The notes beneath the pieces were generated by a model that had not been told where the DNA came from, did not search any database, and saw only the letters and a program-made list of their open reading frames with translations. 64,000 nucleotides of DNA from contig OZ231126.1 in NCBI GenBank assembly GCA_965153355.1, positions 29,450,001 through 29,514,000 on the forward strand. Reading direction: 5' to 3'. The stretch's first letter is position 1. Every line of letters starts with the position of its first letter. Positions 40,923 to 64,000 of this stretch are shown here, piece by piece. The DNA is from Flaccisagitta enflata (taxonomy: Eukaryota). The position numbers and the translations under genes are program-made.

Positions 40923-43878
40923 TCTTTAAATTTTGGAACAAAATGGAAGCGGGAGAATCCTCTCTCTCTCTTGCTTTTGCCGATTTGGATCGAAGATCAC
41001 GATTTGTCAAGGTGAGTGAAAATTTGTCTTTGAGTGAATAGTAGGAGGAAACAAGTCATGATCGGCAGTCCTACATCTGCGGTTTTCATAATAACAAGTG
41101 ACGCGGGGTCACAATGTCGTTGCGGACGTTTGGGCAGGGGCATCCAACCCCCATCCAAACCCCAACTCACCCCCAATAGTGAGGGATATTGTTCCACTTT
41201 TCATACACAACAAGGCCGGATACACGGCCAATACCAGTCGCGGACGGGTGGGCAGGGGCGGAAATGCGTGTTTTCCCTCTTTTTGACTCGTGCTCACCAA
41301 CGGACCGACCGACCGACCAACGGACGGACGGACGAAGCCTCTTATAGAGTCGCTTGTCCGCGACTAAAAAGTATCGAAAAGCTCGTTTTCCCACTTTTCA
41401 ACTCGATCACCATGACGGATGGACGGACGGACGGACGGACGGACGGACAAAGCCTCTAATAGAGTTGCGTGATCGCAACTACACGAATAAAAACTCGTGC
41501 TGCTGGGAGAGGCTGAAAGGGGGTCTTACCCTGCACAATTCAGTTTAAAATTGTCTTTGTTTTGTTTTTTTTTTCTTATTTTTTTATATCAAGTTAAAGA
41601 GTGAAAAGGATTTTAGATGATTTCCCTTGAATGACAACGATTTCCTTCCCCTATCTTACATCATCCCCTGATGTTAAAGATAATCGTTTTCTTCTTTTTC
41701 AACAACAGAAAATGTTTTGAATACAAAATCAGACCAGAGAAAGGCGGCGAAATCAGAAGTTCCGAATGCCATTTATAAGTTGAGATACAAGATGAGCTTT
41801 ACCCTGTCTCGTGTGTTGCTTCGTTCAATAAGCAGCTTGTTTGGTATGAAATCAACAACACATATTTTCTGTTCTGCTGTGCTCAGGACCTGGAACTTCC
41901 AATACTTCGCGGGAAACCGTCTCACGATGTTCGGATTTTGTTTTAATCAGCAATCTTGTATTCCTGATTCCTTATCATGAAATCCCGAACGTTAAACGGT
42001 TTGACGGTTTACCTAAACAATTATTTTTTAGTTGCAATGCATGAAAAAAAAAAAACAAATAAAAAAAAAACGCCATCACAAGCTTTACTCAACCTGCCAT
42101 GAAGCAAGCAGACTGCCACAATGACATCAAAATTTCGAAACTTTTCAGCAGTTTCACGAGGAATCTACCAAAATCTGAATTTTTGTTTTCTAGTTTTGTA
42201 TGAAAGTGACGAGGAATTCCTTGTCATGTCACGAACAAACTCTAAATACCTTCACTGCCTGCTTAATGGTTGGGTTGTAATAAAAGCTTTTGAGATGGTA
42301 TCCATCGGTCATAGATAGCATTTTAGATTTCTTTAAAGTGCATTGTCCGTTTTTTTGTTTTGGTTGCCTATTGCTTTTTCCTAATCGCAATAAAGTATCT
42401 GATTTTGGACGACTTTTCAAACAGTCCTTGATAGACCAAGCAATTAGCATCAAAACATGAGTTTGTCAAGATTTGGATTCTGAATGAATGCCATGCCAAA
42501 AGAAACGTGAATGTGCACTTCAGACGCTTTTTGGGCTATATAACCTTTTAGGCTATCCAATGCTGAACGATGGGATCTGTAGTTTGCAAATCTGTGGATG
42601 ATAATTCAGCATTAATAAAAATGTTTGTCAAAATGTACCGCGTTACGCGCGTGCGCACTTGTGTAACTTCTGTTCCCGCGTCTCTTCCTGTATGTACGAT
42701 GATTATCCCAGCACTGACTCAAAATAATTCTTGTAGTGACTCAACATTGTTCTAGTTTTGACTCAAGAACAAACCGATACCTTCTTGGCGCAAGTAAACA
42801 TCCCGATTTCCCATTCGAAATTTCGCCATCTCTGCGACATAAATGAATACCTTAAAAAAAAAAAAAAGAAAGAAAAAAAAATGAAACGTAAAGAAAACAT
42901 CCAATAAATATTCGTTACCTGCCGTTTGCTTTGGTCCAGTATTCATTCGTAAAAGCCATTCTGAGATCGAACTCCAAGCTCACGATATTCATAACATCAC
43001 CGCAATAACTTTTGCATTCCACGCAAGCTAGAAGATTCTTGGCGTATTTACCATATGACGCCATGGTTATAGGTGTCACGTTGTTCTTCCACCACATTAG
43101 CATTGGGAAACAAATAAAAAGCATCGAATATGTTTTCAACATCCCTCTATCAATAAAACTAAAAAAAAGAAGCAGAAAACGTGGTTTACATTTTAATTTT
43201 TAAAGATTTTTAAGCTAGCGTGGTAATTTCATTTTGCTCAATATCAAGTCCCCTGGAAGTGCGATCTCAGCGATTTCCCCGCACTCAAATGTAAATGTAC
43301 TTGTGTTACTGTGTCTCTGTTTCAGCGTGTGCATTTGTTTACACCACATGTAACCAATCGCTCATCAAAATAATTTTTTTTTGCGTACACTTCCATTATC
43401 AAGTTACTCAAATACAATGATTTAAATCAATGTGGTGGGTTCATTGTCTCAAAATGGTTTGTCACCCGTTACTATCAGCCATTTCTTTGCAAAGTTCCGT
43501 TGATGCGTTATGTTACAGTACATAAAAAATGATTCAATCGTTGTACGTTTAAACCGGCGCCGATACTATAAAGTCCACCTATTTTCCCACCTTCCTCAAC
43601 GCACTTGTCCTACTAAATGTGTACAAATGTGTACACTTGTGTAACTGCACAAAGGTGTAGCCCGGCCAAAATCAAATTTCATCATTATGCATTCTTATTA
43701 ACGTTGTTGTTGTTGACGTCTTGATTACAGTTCGCTTTCATGTGCCCCACCAAGAAAAAAAGCTCGTCTTTCTTTCACTATTTCCTTCTTTCTTTCTCTC
43801 TTTGCTTGCTCTTGCTTTCTTGCTTTCTAGCTTTCTAGCTTTCTTGCTTTCTTGCTTTCTTGCTTTCTTGCTTTCTTG

Positions 43879-43909
<31 letters not shown>

Positions 43910-44123
43910 TCCTACGTAATTTTCTGTGTCTTCAGTTTTACTTCTAAAGTGGTTTGATGCTTTGTTTACTATTTTGTGTTTGTTCCCCTTCACCATATAC
44001 ACATCTATGGCCGTATTTTTCAGTTTCTTCAACTGTTTCAATTATTCTTTATTTCTTATACCTTATTACCTTGTTTCTTTCCTACTTTCCTCCTTTCTCT
44101 CTTTCCTTCTTTCCCTCTTTTTT

Positions 44124-44200
<77 letters not shown>

Positions 44201-44209
44201 TTTTTCTTT

Positions 44210-44285
<76 letters not shown>

Positions 44286-45559
44286 TTTACCATCATTCTT
44301 TCAACAATAATTATTTTTCTTTCGTCCTTTCTACAATCATACTTTCTACAATCATTCTTTTTACAATCATTCTTTCTACAATCAATTTTTCTACAATCTT
44401 TTATTCTACCACCACTCATTCTATCTTCCTTTTATTTTTCCCACGCGCTAAATGTGTAGAAAACTCGAACCTTGAGTGAGAATTGTCTTAGACTGGAATG
44501 GTTGCCTTCCTTTCCTCTCTCTGCACTGTAAAATGCACCTGAATGTCATTTAACCCGGAAGTAACAACTTTTGACTTTCTAAGAACGGTATTAGAAATTG
44601 AAAAGATTTTTGAAAAATGAACTGAACTCCCTGAATGGGAAAGTTGCCGAGTGAAATCTGAAACATGAATGAATACTCATGAGTCAAGAAAAGAAATCAA
44701 CTTGCTTCTGGATTTGGAATTTCAAAGAAAGAACCATACAAATACAACTCGGATTCTTTGATACATAAAATCATTTTTGTTGTTGTGTTTCTTACTTACT
44801 TGAGTATCAAAAGGTTAACGTCTTCCTTTAAATAGACTCCGTTTTAAAGTCACGCGTTCCGTCAGATCCCAACTCTTTCAGTTACTCCCATGATTTACAC
44901 GCATGTACGTTGTATTTTGTACAACGTTTTTTAGTTAAATGCACTTTATGAATCTATCCATGAACCATCAAAAACATGAAAAGCTTTGAGAGCGTTCAAA
45001 ACGAAAGTCCATAAGCTTAACAGCAACAGGGCAACAGTCGTGCGCTCCGCGTATCGCGCAATGACAAGTATTTCTTCCATTTCCAAATTATCTATAAAAA
45101 GACAATAACTTGCTAATGTTAACCGACTGATGGACCGACGAACGAACGGACCGACTCACGAATGTAGAGAATCACTTGTGCGCGACTGAAAATAGATAAG
45201 CGAATCATCATGAATAAATATTCCCTCCGTTAATATCGATGTATATGTCTATGCAATCTGTGTTTCAATGGCGATTTGTCACTATCGCGCATAAATGTTG
45301 ATTTTCCGTTTAACAAAATGTTTTGTCTCATTGTTAAGCAGACTTCCAAATGATAAAATGATATTATGATAATCTGTTGACTCGGAATTGAAATGGACAC
45401 GAGACCTGGACTTAGAAATAGAATACATTCGATGGCAAATGAAATCTAATTTATTTGTTTTGTACTTTGTAGTTTGTACAACAAACAATATTGTCACGAT
45501 AAGGCATTTAGCAAAACCGCTTTCGGAAACAGTCAGATAGGTCAACAATATCAGCACTC

Positions 45560-45800
45560 AGCGAAGTTTTATCGTGAGTAGAGGGAAAGCTTGATGTGGA
45601 TCGGGAAGAAGTTGGGAGTGGACATATGGATGATAATTGATTATGTGTCTATCTTTGAAATGGCATGGATGAGGAATAGCTGCAAGATGATTAAGATGGC
45701 GAGATTGAAGAGTATTTGGAAGGCCAGTGGAACAATAAGAACATACACATGCACTAGAAAACAACAGGGCAACCTATGGAGAAAAGCAATCAAGCATCAT
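45560..45800 (+). mobile_element. Possible decayed 3' fragment of an RTE-like LINE
   Basis: Broken frames recall RTE C-terminal motifs (EGK..GR...MDD; MARLKSIWKA); recognised by eye only. Confidence 0.3.
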
Positions 45801-45993
45801 CAAAAACCTGATCTTGTAAGTAACAGATAAGGACGAGCTGGAGGAAGCGGCAAGGAAGACTTGCTTGAGGATGAGACGCCTAGATTGACAAGATGCTAGT
45901 TGATGCGGAAGAGAGTTTGCAGGAGGACGTTGGGCTGCAAAACAATCGATCGGAGAGGTTCGACGCATCTCGAAGCTTCTCGTTATCCGTCTT

Positions 45994-46034
<41 letters not shown>

Positions 46035-46363
46035 AAGAAAGAGAGAGTCATGAGTTGCGTCGACCATGAGTCAGTTGAAAAAATAAAGGTTTCGCCGATC
46101 ATTGATGGTTGGTTGAGTTGAACTTTAAGGCAGATGTTAAGTGGATCTCACGCTCGCTCGCTCAAAAAACAGCGAAAGATTCGTTCGCTGATTGTTTGAT
46201 TGTTGAAAGCCTCCGTCAGCGTATCCATGCGTGATCTCCAAGTCTTTAAATAAATTTTCCATAATTAACATTGGAACGTTTCGGAAACGAGACAAATTGA
46301 AGAACAACCACCGTAATAAAACCTTTTTAATAGTAATTAACATTGATAAAAAAACCCTTTAGG

Positions 46364-63130
<16,767 letters not shown>

Positions 63131-63159
63131 GAGAGAGAGATTAGAGATGATAGATGATA

Positions 63160-63222
<63 letters not shown>

Positions 63223-63480
63223 TAAAGACCAAAGATGTATATGTAGGGCGAGGACAATATTTTCACCCAGTTTAGGTTTATGAAATGTGTATTTTTACAC
63301 ACTGTATTTCTTCAATTTACAATTCATGTTGTTGTTTGAACTCGAGTAAAGCTTTTCATTTATATCAATCATCATCATTTCTCGATGTCAATTGATGCAA
63401 GTCAGTCTTTTAAAAAACCTTGTTTAGAAAGCTCTTTCTACAGTTCGATTCATTGATCGTTAAACTCCGCAAAAACAGTC

Positions 63481-63560
63481 GTCAAGGGACAAGCATAGTT
63501 AATTGGTCACAGGCAGATTGGTCAAGGGACAAGCATAGTTAATTGGTTACAGGCAGATTG
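63481..63560. repeat. 40-bp tandem duplication
   Basis: GTCAAGGGACAAGCATAGTTAATTGGT(C/T)ACAGGCAGATTG x2. Confidence 0.85.
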
Positions 63561-64000
63561 CCGTGATTGCCAATTTAATTTACATCCGCGATAATGTGTC
63601 TAGGCAGCAATACATCTTATCTGATGTAGGTTACGGATAGTCAACCGCTGTCATTTTTTGGTTTGGCTACTCAAGTGGCTTCCAACTTTTAATACATGAT
63701 GTACTGAGCCTAAAATTTAAATTTCATCAGCATAGCTTGACAAAACCAATCGCCGATTTCCCTTTATTTATCACCATTCCAAGGTGGTTGTGGTGAAAAT
63801 GTTGAAATTTGGTCACTTTGGGCTCAAAATCGGGCCACTTCGCTTTTGAAATTTGACCCAAAATCCATGAGATTATGAAACTAGAGCTCAAGAGCCAACC
63901 AGTGGTGCAATCCGCATGTTGCTATCATTTTTTGTTCAGATTTGAGAGCGTTTCAAAGATGGAAGGGTATGAGGGTTATTTTAACAGATGAATTATTTGG

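Overview
Eukaryotic (animal) genomic DNA, very rich in microsatellites and non-autonomous DNA transposons. I rebuilt four + strand, intron-containing genes by hand, each with GT-AG junctions and consistent phases. (1) The 3' part (11 exons, 1189-16396) of a CLC-6/7-related chloride channel/exchanger with two CBS domains. (2) A complete 8-exon gene for an unrecognised ~1355-aa acidic, low-complexity protein with a mitochondrial-presequence-like N-terminus, nested on the SAME strand inside one CLC intron (4970-11325). (3) A 4-exon, 266-aa neuropeptide precursor (26602-40922) with a signal peptide and eight predicted P-[F/L]-R-[F/Y]-amide peptides; its first coding intron is mostly one 11-kb nested transposon stack. 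(4) A cyclophilin-40/PPID gene (46364-63130) whose intron 4 has a tandem array of duplicated splice donors at one end and a tandem array of duplicated acceptor+exon starts at the other. Mobile DNA includes several CAC...GTG elements with 5-bp target duplications (Transib-like; three begin with the RSS heptamer CACAGTG), a Chapaev-like element with a 4-bp TSD, a hAT-like element with an 8-bp TSD, TA-flanked Tc1/mariner-type elements and two DINE/Helentron-like families. I saw no transposase ORF, RNA gene or CRISPR array. Most ORF-track entries are microsatellite artefacts. All family assignments rest on motif recognition, not database searches.
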